A stretch of DNA of 62,850 bases from a virus (Duplodnaviria; Caudoviricetes): IMG/VR virus record IMGVR_UViG_3300018080_000184, positions 1-62,850 of that record, one strand, 5' to 3'. How positions within the stretch are numbered: the first letter of the stretch is position 1; each line of letters opens with the position of its first letter. A program made the translations under genes and the position numbers. Shown in pieces: positions 39,096 through 48,579 of the stretch. Below the pieces are notes generated by a model. The model was given only the letters and a program-made list of their open reading frames with translations, was not told the origin of the DNA and did not search any database.

Positions 39096-40348
39096 GACAC
39101 TTCCGCCGCTTCCAGGCACGCAAGGTACGTCTTCTGGAACAGGTCAGGGTCTTTGCGGAAGGTCCTCGCCAGCTCCACGCCGCCCGTGCCGTACGTGAGG
39201 CCCTCCGCGAGAACCTCTTTGTCTGCAGTGATGAGATCATAGGTGCGCCCGCTCTTCACGACCATACCGTTACGACGAGCCGTCGAGACGAGGTCGGAAT
39301 ACCGATCGAAGCCGTGCGCAAAGTAGTACGCCAGCTCGCCCCTTCCGCCTTCATGGCAGCCGGCCTTGCCTTTCGTCACTTCCCATCCCACGTGCTTCCC
39401 GATTCGTCGGCCATCTACGTCGATGCGGTCCCCATTGGTGAGCATCAGGTCAAGCAGCTTGCCGTGGCGGAATGCGTGAGCTCCACTGATTTCCCAGTCC
39501 CGCTCTTTTATGCTGTTGGTCCGTTTCTTTTTGGCGCGTGCTTGGTTGAGCACGATCAGCGTTGTCCAGTTGAGCTCATCGGTGTCTGGGTTGGCGTAGT
39601 AGTGCCAACACAGCTGCTGGAATTGAGACACGAGCCAGGCCGTGGCCATTTGTCGTGGATCGTGATCCATATCGGTGTCGATACGATATTTGGTTGTAAT
39701 GGCCGCCATGCTGTCAACGACGATGAGCTGACAAACGTTGGCGGCCAAGATGCGCACGATGGAGTCGAGCCGAGCTTCAGCCGTGTCCGAATCGGCAACG
39801 ATGAACTCGCCAATCTGTTTCTTGCGTTCGGCTATTTCTGTCTTCGTGAGAGGTGGAAGATCTCGACAGGCGCGCTCCAGCTGCTCGTGTTCGATGTCCG
39901 TTTCTGAAGAGGAGACGAGGACACCGTTGATTCGTCCGTGCGGTTTGTCGTAGGGCAGCTCGAAGCACACCCACAAAATTCGTGAGTTCTTTCCGTAGAT
40001 TCGTTGATTCATGGCCGCAGCGCAGTTGGCGAGCGCGCTTTTGCCGACGCTGTCCTTGGCTCCGATCTGAACAGCGCCTCCGGCGGGCATGCCCCCACCG
40101 ATGGCGATGTCCAAGGATGGGAGGCCAAAGGGACGCCGCAGCATGAAGGGGTTGGCCGCTTCACTTGCACGCTTGAGCAGCGGCCTTTCTCTGCCCCGGT
40201 TGACGATCGCCATCACTTCGTCCAAGGAAGCGCCTTCAGGAATTTCTGGAGGTGCGGCGTCGGCTTTCTTTTTCGGCCTTTTCGGCTTGGCTTTGGTTGC
40301 AGCGGTCTTTTCAGTTTTTTCAGTCTTTTCAGCTTTGCTCTTTGGCAT
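39077..40348 (-). CDS. recA: RecA-family recombinase (UvsX analogue)
   Basis: SLDIAIGGGMPAG, Walker A SVGKS, Walker B IVVDS, LNQAR. Confidence 0.9.
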   Translation of the reverse strand: MPKSKAEKTEKTEKTAATKAKPKRPKKKADAAPPEIPEGASLDEVMAIVNRGRERPLLKRASEAANPFMLRRPFGLPSLDIAIGGGMPAGGAVQIGAKDSVGKSALANCAAAMNQRIYGKNSRILWVCFELPYDKPHGRINGVLVSSSETDIEHEQLERACRDLPPLTKTEIAERKKQIGEFIVADSDTAEARLDSIVRILAANVCQLIVVDSMAAITTKYRIDTDMDHDPRQMATAWLVSQFQQLCWHYYANPDTDELNWTTLIVLNQARAKKKRTNSIKERDWEISGAHAFRHGKLLDLMLTNGDRIDVDGRRIGKHVGWEVTKGKAGCHEGGRGELAYYFAHGFDRYSDLVSTARRNGMVVKSGRTYDLITADKEVLAEGLTYGTGGVELARTFRKDPDLFQKTYLACLEAAEVSCLHKL

Positions 40349-40494
40349 CACTTTTTCTCGAATGGTGTAGAACCGTGTGTTGGACAGACGGGAGGGTTTC
40401 CTTGAGTGGGAGTTCCGCAGATAGGACAGACGCCTTCCTGCGCAGCCTGCTTTACGTGTTCTTTTTTGTCTGGCTCATACCCGTATTTTTCCAT
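40348..40494 (-). CDS. 48-aa zinc-finger microprotein (not in ORF track)
   Basis: Hand translation: MEKYGYEPDKKEHVKQAAQEGVCPICGTPTQGNPPVCPTHGSTPFEKK; AAAGGAG RBS; TGATG coupling to recA. Confidence 0.75.
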   Translation of the reverse strand: MEKYGYEPDKKEHVKQAAQEGVCPICGTPTQGNPPVCPTHGSTPFEKK

Positions 40495-40747
40495 CGATCT
40501 CCTTTCCGCTGGCCCGTAGCACTTTTTTCAAAGCAGGGGCTGCTGTAAAGCGAATGCGTCCGTGTTCGACTTCCAATGAAAGCGCGCCCAGGCCGAAGAG
40601 ACTCGTGTGGGCATGGAGCGCCAATTCCACGCCAAGGAAGCACAGGTAGTGGCGGATGATGAGGGAAATATCAGCAGGCCCGAGAAAATACTGCAGGTCA
40701 GATGGGAGCCGCCGATGAATGAGCTGTGCGCGATCGTTGTGAGTCAT
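40475..40747 (-). CDS. HU/IHF-like small DNA-binding protein (short arm)
   Basis: SLFGLGALSL...IRFTAAPALKKVL pattern; ATGA overlap with the polA stop. Confidence 0.5.
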   Translation of the reverse strand: MTHNDRAQLIHRRLPSDLQYFLGPADISLIIRHYLCFLGVELALHAHTSLFGLGALSLEVEHGRIRFTAAPALKKVLRASGKEIDGKIRV

Positions 40748-42777
40748 TTTGCTTCTAGCCACGTGTTGCCGATGCCTGGATCTGCACGCAGTGGCACGCG
40801 TAGATCCAACCCCGGGTGCTCCATGATAAACTGCTTACGCTTAGCCGCCTCCTCAACGTACTCATACGGAGCCTCGCCGACGAGCTCGTCGTGTATCTGA
40901 AGCAGCATGCGGTACTGCAACTGCCGCATGTACGGGTCAGTATGGCAAAGAATCATGGCCGTTTGAATGATATCTGCTGCCGATCCCTGAATGATGGAGT
41001 TTACTGTTTTTCGTTCGGCGTCGCGGGAGAGGCGGCAGGCGTTGCACCAACACAGGTCCCGCCCCCGCATCAGCTCCATATGCCGGTGCGACTCCTGCTC
41101 GCTCCAATCCATGATGTCTGGCAGCAGCCGTCTTCGTCCGAGATAGGTTTCCACATACTTCGTGTCCGCCGCACGGCGGATAGTGCCCTTGATGAACTGT
41201 GCGGCGCCGGGGACGCGGGCGAAGTACAGGTTGATGAGCTCTTGCGCTTCCACCTTGGCGGCGAAATCGATTTGCTTGTCAGACCAATCAGGATGCTCGT
41301 CACGGAGTTTTTCTGGGAACTCTAGCTCGATTGACAGCTTGCGAGCGGCCTTCCCGTAATTCAAGCCAAACCCGATGGTTTTTATTCGGCGCCGCAGCTT
41401 TCTTAGATATTCAGCACGTGACGAGGTGTCGTGCTTGTTTTTCTTGGCTGCTGCCACATCGTCATACGGCTCATTCCACACCAGCTCGACATTGCTTGTA
41501 TGGATGTCACGTCCCATCCAGATGTTGCGGAGCATACCCTCATCATTGCTGAAGTGCGCGAGGAGAAACATTTCAACTTGGTCGTAGTCGTTGACGATCA
41601 GTTTGTGCCCCGGCGAGGCAATGAATGCGTTGCGGATCTCAAAGCCGAAGCTGCTTGTGACCGGAACATTTTGCAAGTTTGGGTCAGAAGAGGAGAGTCG
41701 GCCGGTGTCGGCTATATGCTGATTGAGCGTGGTGTGGACACGTCCATCCGCGTCCATCCGCGTGAGCAGGCCCCGAACGTAAGTCCCCAGCAGTTTTCCG
41801 AGCTTTCGGTGCTCAAGCACAAGCTCGGCTACTTCGACGCCTTGGGCTGCGTAGTGGGTGAGTACGGACTCATCGACTGAGGGGGCGCCGCCGGCGGTTT
41901 TCTTGAGGGGTTTCAGCCCCAGCTTCTCGAACAAGTAGGCACCGACCTGGGGCGGCGACGCTGGGTTGAAGAAGTCGCCGATCTTATGGTTGAGTTTCTT
42001 TTCGATGTCTGCTTGTCGCTGGCTGATAGTCTCCTCGGCCTCAGTCAGGTACTCAACGTTGACGCGAATGCCTATTTGCTCCATGTCGTAGAGCACGCGT
42101 GTGAATGGCACCTCAAGGAACAAGAAGAGATCGTAGAGGGAGTAGCCTCGCCAAGTTTGGATAGCCTTAAGCTGTGAACGTTGCCGGTCGAATAACCGGA
42201 AGACGCCCCAAGCATCCAAGGATGCGTAGTCGATGACCCTATCGGGATTCTGCTGAAACATCTTGGTGAGGATGTGGTACAGCTCGATGGGCGGCTGACC
42301 TTTTCGTGCTCGTGGCTTTTGCGGGCGGCCGCTTTTGTTACGCGGGTAGAACGTTTCGCCGAACGTCATCATACGCTCGTTGAACTCTCGCTCGTACGCG
42401 TCCTTCAACCCGTGCGGGCGGCCGGGATCGAGAAGACGATCGGCGCTAAGTGTGCAGAATAGATCTCCAGCCAGGTGGTGGCCGGAGTTGGCGAGCATGT
42501 GGGCGTCGTATTTTATCTGCGATCCGAGCCAACTGATGCGCTTGTCTTGGAATACTTGGTCGAACTCCTCGAGCATTGGGCGCTCGAGGAAGTATCGATC
42601 GTCGCCAGTCGAGAGCGACCAGTAGACGACGACGCATCGGGAAATGTCCAGTCCGGTCGTCTCCGTGTCAATTGCTACCAGATCCGTGTGAGATATCTTC
42701 TCCTTGAGTCGCCGCACGTCTTCGGGAGTTTGCACGTGAATCGGCCTGGGGCGTGCGAGCGTCCATCCGGAGCGCAT
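40744..42777 (-). CDS. polA: family A DNA polymerase with 3'-5' exonuclease
   Basis: ExoI DTETTG; TGRLSSSDPNLQN; motif A DYDQVE; motif B KTIGFGLNYG; motif C QIHDEL. Confidence 0.95.
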   Translation of the reverse strand: MRSGWTLARPRPIHVQTPEDVRRLKEKISHTDLVAIDTETTGLDISRCVVVYWSLSTGDDRYFLERPMLEEFDQVFQDKRISWLGSQIKYDAHMLANSGHHLAGDLFCTLSADRLLDPGRPHGLKDAYEREFNERMMTFGETFYPRNKSGRPQKPRARKGQPPIELYHILTKMFQQNPDRVIDYASLDAWGVFRLFDRQRSQLKAIQTWRGYSLYDLFLFLEVPFTRVLYDMEQIGIRVNVEYLTEAEETISQRQADIEKKLNHKIGDFFNPASPPQVGAYLFEKLGLKPLKKTAGGAPSVDESVLTHYAAQGVEVAELVLEHRKLGKLLGTYVRGLLTRMDADGRVHTTLNQHIADTGRLSSSDPNLQNVPVTSSFGFEIRNAFIASPGHKLIVNDYDQVEMFLLAHFSNDEGMLRNIWMGRDIHTSNVELVWNEPYDDVAAAKKNKHDTSSRAEYLRKLRRRIKTIGFGLNYGKAARKLSIELEFPEKLRDEHPDWSDKQIDFAAKVEAQELINLYFARVPGAAQFIKGTIRRAADTKYVETYLGRRRLLPDIMDWSEQESHRHMELMRGRDLCWCNACRLSRDAERKTVNSIIQGSAADIIQTAMILCHTDPYMRQLQYRMLLQIHDELVGEAPYEYVEEAAKRKQFIMEHPGLDLRVPLRADPGIGNTWLEAK

Positions 42778-42797
42778 GAGGACCTCCTGTGAGGAAC

Positions 42798-42823
42798 GCC
42801 CGCGACCCCGAAGGGTCGCGGGC
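42798..42823 (-). terminator. 11-bp stem with cUUCGg tetraloop upstream of polA
   Basis: GCCCGCGACCC-TTCG-GGGTCGCGGGC on the minus strand; weak U tail. Confidence 0.6.
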
Positions 42824-42833
42824 CAGTGAACTG

Positions 42834-43904
42834 CTAGTCGCCCCAAACGTCAGAGCCAGCCACAGCCGGAATGTCTTTTTCGGCTGTCTTGCTGCCTCCC
42901 GAGTCCTCTGGTGAATTTCGGAGGCTGTAGGTGTTGCCTGCTGTGAGCTGGGCGAAGTCCAGCGGGCTCATTTTTTCCTTGATGCGAGCGTGGATGTCCC
43001 GGCGCAAGAGCTTGTAGCGGCCAACCGACAGCACTTTCCTGGTTGACTGGTCGCTGGTTGTCTCGTCCGTGGTGTACAGCTCCATGATTGTGGTCCAAAG
43101 ACCGAGCGGAGTCGGGTTCGTGCATTCGGGATTCTCACACCGCGCTTGCTCTTCGAGGTAGTCCGTCTCTTGGCAGTGTGGGCAGCGGTGGGGCTCACCG
43201 TTCAGCTCCGCGAGCTCCCGAACGCTTGCGGGATTCTCCTCCAGATCACGGATGATGCTCTGGCAGTTGTGGCAGGTGAAGGCCACAGGCTGGAGATGGT
43301 CGCCGCACGTACATGTTCGCGCGAGCGTGTTCAGCGCAAATGCCGACAGCTGGTCAGCCATCGGACCTCCAAGTGGGAGGTAAACCGCTCGACCAAATTC
43401 CTTGGGGTTGTTTTGCGCGCAGTGTGGGCACCGCTTTCCGGTGCAAGCAACATCCTTTTGGTAGGTGTGTCCTCTCTTGCTCGTTTCCTCCACCTTGTGG
43501 AAATCTTGGAGGAGCACGGCGTTGAACAGCTCGCACAGATACGCAAAGGATACGCCGGTGTGCCTGCCCTGTGCGGCTTGATCGCATAGCTCACAGGGCT
43601 CACTCCCGGTTACCAGCAGCCCATCTTTCGTTTCGGCGATACCGGCTTCGCATGTGTAGTATCGCCGATCGCTGTTGTGCCAGTGACGAAAGTACACAAA
43701 GAACGGGTACTCCACCCGTCCTGGACTACCATCATGGCCGGCGACGGGCAGGACGTACTTGCCCGGGTACAGCAACGCTGGCACTTTCGGTTCGTCGCTT
43801 TTTGGCAGTATCCAAAGTGGTCCCAGACCACCTCCGCTGCGGGGTGGTCTACGGTTAACACGTTTCAGAAGCCGACCCATCACCCGGGCCTCGTTGACAC
43901 CCAT
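42834..43904 (-). CDS. multi-zinc-ribbon protein, probable ssDNA-binding protein
   Basis: Several CxxC pairs, acidic flexible tail, located between primase and polymerase. Confidence 0.5.
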   Translation of the reverse strand: MGVNEARVMGRLLKRVNRRPPRSGGGLGPLWILPKSDEPKVPALLYPGKYVLPVAGHDGSPGRVEYPFFVYFRHWHNSDRRYYTCEAGIAETKDGLLVTGSEPCELCDQAAQGRHTGVSFAYLCELFNAVLLQDFHKVEETSKRGHTYQKDVACTGKRCPHCAQNNPKEFGRAVYLPLGGPMADQLSAFALNTLARTCTCGDHLQPVAFTCHNCQSIIRDLEENPASVRELAELNGEPHRCPHCQETDYLEEQARCENPECTNPTPLGLWTTIMELYTTDETTSDQSTRKVLSVGRYKLLRRDIHARIKEKMSPLDFAQLTAGNTYSLRNSPEDSGGSKTAEKDIPAVAGSDVWGD

Positions 43905-44911
43905 TTCCAAAAACCCTTTCTGTTGTCGAGTGCGTGCTGCAACCCTGCTTTGTTGAAGTCGTCCGGCTGCTTTGCCCAGGGTTGATACTCCGCGATCGTG
44001 ACTTTTGCGGAGCGTTTGAGCGATTTGCCGATACGCTCAGTTGCAGCTATACCTGCCGCATCGTTGTCCAAAAACAGAACCAGTTCGTTCCCTCCCATGC
44101 GATCCAGGATGCTTCGCTGAATTTGAGTAAGGAATGATCCCATCAGCGCTACAGTTTGTGTCCAGCCCGCCTGAATGATCCAGAGGCAGGCTTTGTATCC
44201 TTCAGTGATAATGACGGGTTCGTCGGAGCCGTTGAGCACTTTTGGATAAACATTGTGGGCGTTCCATAAAAACTGTTTCTTGTTGAGTGTGTACTCTGGG
44301 TACACTTGATCGAACGCTTCACCATAATCGCCCGGTACCCAGCTACCATCTTCCTTTCTTCGTCCACCGGTGTACACCTTATAGCGTATTTGCTCTCCCT
44401 CTTTCACGGCCCGGCCGGAGTAGCCGGCAAGATTCCCGTACAGGTCGCGTATGGGAAACATGATGCGATCGGCGCTGCGATCATAGCCGATGCCGTAGCT
44501 CTTCAGTAGTCCGGAATCGAAATCACGCTCGAGCGCGCGCGGTTGGAAGTAGAAGATGCCAGTCAGCGCCTCATCAAGTACGGGATCGGCCAGAAAGGGA
44601 TCTCGGTTCTGAAAGCGTCTGGCCTCCTGTCGCTTTCTTGTTTGTCGGTACTGCTGCAGCTCTGCGCGGAGGGGACCGAGCTCCTGCTCGATTCTGCTCT
44701 TCGAATAATGCTGGAGCTCGAGAAAGCGCTCGATGCCTCCACGCAGGCCGCAGCCGAAGCAGATCCAATAACCAGTTTCGGAATGTATGGAGAAGCTGGG
44801 CCGCCGGTCATCGTGGAATGGGCAGCATGCGATGATGTTTCCTCCACTACTGAGCCGTGCCCGCTGGAGCATCGGCATGACCAGCGTGCCGATGGGTCCT
44901 AGCTCATGCAT
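43880..44911 (-). CDS. dnaG: DnaG-type DNA primase
   Basis: CPFHDDRRPS...CFGC zinc finger; FPIRD...GYSGR; TOPRIM TEGY and DNDAAG. Confidence 0.93.
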   Translation of the reverse strand: MHELGPIGTLVMPMLQRARLSSGGNIIACCPFHDDRRPSFSIHSETGYWICFGCGLRGGIERFLELQHYSKSRIEQELGPLRAELQQYRQTRKRQEARRFQNRDPFLADPVLDEALTGIFYFQPRALERDFDSGLLKSYGIGYDRSADRIMFPIRDLYGNLAGYSGRAVKEGEQIRYKVYTGGRRKEDGSWVPGDYGEAFDQVYPEYTLNKKQFLWNAHNVYPKVLNGSDEPVIITEGYKACLWIIQAGWTQTVALMGSFLTQIQRSILDRMGGNELVLFLDNDAAGIAATERIGKSLKRSAKVTIAEYQPWAKQPDDFNKAGLQHALDNRKGFWKWVSTRPG

Positions 44912-46329
44912 CAGTAGTCCAACTTCAGCTTTTTGGTGAAATCGTTGGCGGTTTTCGCTTGGCGAGTTATGCCGCACATCGTTTCAACTGACGGACCGCG
45001 TGGTTGCGCTCCGTTTTGTGGCACATGTGATTTGTCGTGTGTCAACCAGCCGTCCCAGCGCCAGTGGGTGCACGGAATGACGCTTAGGGCAAAGCCTTGC
45101 GCCAGTATTTCGCGAGCGCCGGCAATTTGGACCGTCAGCGGAACGGTCCCATCTTGATTGAGCTTCCTTCCCTTCACGATACGGAAGACGAGATCCGCCT
45201 CCATGCCGACTGCGTCGGCGTAGGCGATGTCTTCTAGGTCTTCGAGAACATCTGTGTCGCCGTCTTTGTTGCCTCGCTTCTTTTGTGTAACGGCAATGAT
45301 GGGGACGCGCAGCTGCTGTGTTGCGTGCTTCAGGTCCTGAATGATTCCCGTTTGCGCGTCCCATTTTGGCGATCGTTTTCGGCTGCGGTCATCTTTCATG
45401 CGGTAGTACGAATCGACCCAGATGATGTCGGGCTCAAAGGTTTCTGCTTTGGCGATAAGGTGAGAAACGCCACCGCCTTGCGGATCGTCTTTGTCTGATG
45501 TGAAAAGGAACGAGCGGTGACGGCCGTTGCGCATGTCTTCTGACTCAAGCTCTGCAATGGCGGACAGCTCATGCTTGAGCAGCTCCTCTTCGTGCGGCTC
45601 GAGCTTCCCCTTTTTGAGTCGATTGTAATCCAGATCGCAGATGCAGCATGCAACGCGTCGGCGATACTGCTTGGGGGGCATCTCGCAGCTGTAGACCATG
45701 ACGCGAGCGTTGGCGTGCAAGTAGGTATGCGTCACGCCTTTTGTTGTGAGCCAGGATTTCATGCTCTTGGGTCGGCCGAAGATAACGACAAGATCCTCCT
45801 CCTGTATACCTTGCGTCTCCATGTTGAGCTGGTACCAGGGGAATGGTAGGCCCGTCATCAGACCGTTCTCTTTTACGAGCCTGTATTCCTCAAGCACTTC
45901 GATTGCTGAGTCGGCGAGAATCAAATCGCGGGAGGCTGGGGTCATTGTTTGGAGTGTTGCGTAGCCGGATCGGAGGCTGCTCATTGACTGGTAGGCGCTC
46001 TCGCCTTGTTCGAGATTGAGAACGATGCCTTCGCAGATTTGGACGATCTTGTTCTGCAGCGCAATTTCACGAATCTCTTCACAGAGCTCCTGTATACTTG
46101 ATTGTCCGGTAACGGGAGTGAATCCCTTGAAGCTCTTTCGCATAATGCGTTGCGAAGGGACGGATCCGTAGTGGCGCTGATCGTAGAAGTAATCCCGAAT
46201 AAATCGGAACATTTCGCGGGCCTCAGCGACCATGAACATGTCGTCGCTGATATTGGCCCGAACGACGGTGCGGAAGTCTTTCTGCCGTATCACCTCCGTG
46301 ATTAGCCGCAACTCAGCGTGGCCTGACAT
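44911..46329 (-). CDS. dnaB: DnaB-like replicative helicase
   Basis: TGLPFPW...L, variant Walker A GRPKSMKS, SCEM, IWVDS, AVTQ, ADLV. Confidence 0.88.
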   Translation of the reverse strand: MSGHAELRLITEVIRQKDFRTVVRANISDDMFMVAEAREMFRFIRDYFYDQRHYGSVPSQRIMRKSFKGFTPVTGQSSIQELCEEIREIALQNKIVQICEGIVLNLEQGESAYQSMSSLRSGYATLQTMTPASRDLILADSAIEVLEEYRLVKENGLMTGLPFPWYQLNMETQGIQEEDLVVIFGRPKSMKSWLTTKGVTHTYLHANARVMVYSCEMPPKQYRRRVACCICDLDYNRLKKGKLEPHEEELLKHELSAIAELESEDMRNGRHRSFLFTSDKDDPQGGGVSHLIAKAETFEPDIIWVDSYYRMKDDRSRKRSPKWDAQTGIIQDLKHATQQLRVPIIAVTQKKRGNKDGDTDVLEDLEDIAYADAVGMEADLVFRIVKGRKLNQDGTVPLTVQIAGAREILAQGFALSVIPCTHWRWDGWLTHDKSHVPQNGAQPRGPSVETMCGITRQAKTANDFTKKLKLDY

Positions 46330-46356
46330 TTGTCCCCTATTTTCCGGAAGTCTTTA

Positions 46357-46384
46357 AGCCTATCCGGAACAATCGAGTGGTCAA
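46357..46384 (-). promoter_or_regulatory. host sigma70-like promoter candidate upstream of helicase
   Basis: TTGACC-N16-TAGGCT in an intergenic gap with small inverted repeats. Confidence 0.35.
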
Positions 46385-46442
46385 TACACAAGATGTTGTG
46401 GTCGACTCAAGCCGCCACAACTATTCCTGACGAAATGCCTTA

Positions 46443-47585
46443 TCAAACGAGCGGTTTCAGGTACTTCTCGAGGAGCTTACCGCAGAGGCGCTCGAGCTCC
46501 AGCCGCTTGTCCAAGTCTTTCCGAAGGGCAACGCCCACCCGTGCAATCGCCTGAAGGATGCCGTAGAGGCCCCAGAGTTTCTCAAGCCCGTACGCTTTCT
46601 TTACGGCCTCGACGATGTACTTAGGCTGGCGTGCAAGCAGAGTTTCAATATATGCGCCGGGATCGTCGGGGATCTTGACGGCGAGGAGCGTGCCAATGAT
46701 TTTCGGCGAAAGTTTCAGCATTTTCTGGAGTTCTTCGCCGGCGTTTTTCAGCGACTTCATCAGCCGCTCTTTCGTGACATGAACATGACGTTGTACGAAG
46801 AGCGCTCCTGTCTTGTCTCCCAGTATCATGCCGTTTGAGCAGACACTGCGGACAAGCCAGCTGTACAGGGACAAGGCACGCGAGCCCACCTCGGAATTGC
46901 GAATGCGCACGCCGAAACGGTGTCTCCCGGCTCCAGAACCGCGGATCGTGTTGTGGAAAACGAGCATGTAGTGTGACGAGTTGAACTGGTGCGAAAACGC
47001 GTAGCCTTCGATGTCGTTTACGGCGGGTCCTAGTTGGGATCGGAGGGCGTCAAAGACAACCTCGTCCCCAATCGGGCGGTAGTGTGGGCCAACGAGTCCG
47101 GCGAGAACGCCGTCGACGTGCGGCTCGACCTTCTCGCCCGGTGCCGCACGACGCACAATGAGGCGGCGGACGTAGCTTGGGTCATTTTTCCGAGGCTTGA
47201 GGTTGTCTTGCATCGTGCGCTGCACGATTGGTTCGGTCGAAAGCTCGCAGAATTTCCTGAGATGCACACCCGTCAGTGCGCGGATCTGCTGGTGAGACCA
47301 CGACGTCAACTGCAGCGTGCCGAATTGGGGAACGTGGATGGTGTTGGCGCTCGGAAATGTGCATGCCGACAAATGGATCATGTCTGGCGTGATCGTGGAT
47401 ACATCGTCGGGAGACAGCCCCCGTATACGCACGCCTAGCGACCTCGGCTCCAGGCGAAGGTCCGCTCGCCGCTGAGCATGCTCCTGCACATCGTCAAAGC
47501 TGAGCTGGTCCCTCTCCGGAGTCGTCCAGTCCAATCGGAATGATCCCCGGGGGGATGTCGTCTCTTCTGCTGCTTGGGCCATCAT
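46443..47585 (-). CDS. DUF932-like protein
   Basis: IRNSEVGSRALSL...RSVCSNGM and RH motif; start uncertain. Confidence 0.7.
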   Translation of the reverse strand: MMAQAAEETTSPRGSFRLDWTTPERDQLSFDDVQEHAQRRADLRLEPRSLGVRIRGLSPDDVSTITPDMIHLSACTFPSANTIHVPQFGTLQLTSWSHQQIRALTGVHLRKFCELSTEPIVQRTMQDNLKPRKNDPSYVRRLIVRRAAPGEKVEPHVDGVLAGLVGPHYRPIGDEVVFDALRSQLGPAVNDIEGYAFSHQFNSSHYMLVFHNTIRGSGAGRHRFGVRIRNSEVGSRALSLYSWLVRSVCSNGMILGDKTGALFVQRHVHVTKERLMKSLKNAGEELQKMLKLSPKIIGTLLAVKIPDDPGAYIETLLARQPKYIVEAVKKAYGLEKLWGLYGILQAIARVGVALRKDLDKRLELERLCGKLLEKYLKPLV

Positions 47586-47835
47586 TCGCTCCTTCCAGAA
47601 AATGCCTAGCGGTTGCGTGCTCCACCGCTTCGATGAGGATTTTGGCTGCCTGCCGCACCTCCTCTGGCCATTCGACGGGGGCCTCTTCCCACGTGGCCTT
47701 GGCCGAGGAGAATGTTGGCGAATCGAGCAGAACGCCTCGAGCCTTCATGCCGAAGGCGTCAGAGCCGCCGGTTTGTATTTGAATGTCGGTCACAAGAAGC
47801 GTTTGCATACGGCCAGCGGTGCCCTTAATCATCAC
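47494..47835 (-). CDS. hypothetical protein
   Basis: In operon, GAGG RBS. Confidence 0.6.
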   Translation of the reverse strand: MMIKGTAGRMQTLLVTDIQIQTGGSDAFGMKARGVLLDSPTFSSAKATWEEAPVEWPEEVRQAAKILIEAVEHATARHFLEGANDGPSSRRDDIPPGIIPIGLDDSGEGPAQL

Positions 47836-48151
47836 CTACCTCTGTGGCTACTGCCTCAACGATTTTGACCAGCTTTGGGTGGTAACGGTTGGCCTCCTCC
47901 TCAGCAAGCCCGCAAGCCGTAGCCAAAGCTCGCCGAATGGTGTCCGCATCCTGATTGCACGTCAGCTCGACATTGATATACGAGCCAACGACGTATCGGT
48001 TGAAGCGTATGCCCAAACGCTCAGTAAGGCCCCGAGAGATTTTGGCCTTACCGTCACCGAGCAAAACGTCGACGTCGACGGTCCTTCTTTTGGTCTCTGG
48101 CACGTCGTCGTTCCTCCAAATGGTTGTGGTGATAGTGGCTTCTGCGTTCAT
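47825..48151 (-). CDS. hypothetical protein
   Basis: ATGA coupling in operon. Confidence 0.65.
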   Translation of the reverse strand: MNAEATITTTIWRNDDVPETKRRTVDVDVLLGDGKAKISRGLTERLGIRFNRYVVGSYINVELTCNQDADTIRRALATACGLAEEEANRYHPKLVKIVEAVATEVGDD

Positions 48152-48579
48152 GACAAGTCGTATGGTCCGATTTTGTGTCTGATCTGCACCGATTCCTTGA
48201 TCTCAGTTGTGACAGTATCGCGCAACTCTGCACTGATTTCGCCGGTAGAGACTGCTGCATTGAACGCTTTTGTTTGAATTTTGAATTCGCGGGCGACAAC
48301 GCGGTCGCGCAGCTTGGGGTGCTTTTTGAGAGCTTCGTGTAGCATCGCGGCATCATAGGTTCGTCTCTGCATGACGACGACCTTCATGCCACCAGCCTCG
48401 ATTCGCGTTTCGCCGACAGTGATTTCGAGAAGACGTCTCGCATTTTCGCGTTGCCGAACGAGCTCGTGCAGCTCGTCCATGATTTCTGCATGCTCGCTCT
48501 CGAACGCGAGCAGCTCCCGCTGTGCGTCGGCGTACTCCTGGTACACGCGCGCAACACGGGCTCTAGGACTCTCGGTCAT
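48148..48579 (-). CDS. hypothetical protein (coiled-coil N-terminus)
   Basis: GGAG RBS; in operon. Confidence 0.65.
   Translation of the reverse strand: MTESPRARVARVYQEYADAQRELLAFESEHAEIMDELHELVRQRENARRLLEITVGETRIEAGGMKVVVMQRRTYDAAMLHEALKKHPKLRDRVVAREFKIQTKAFNAAVSTGEISAELRDTVTTEIKESVQIRHKIGPYDLS

Noticed and set aside
40260-40345. Short nucleotide repeats at the start of recA
   Set aside because: They encode a low-complexity EKT/Lys-rich N-terminal tail
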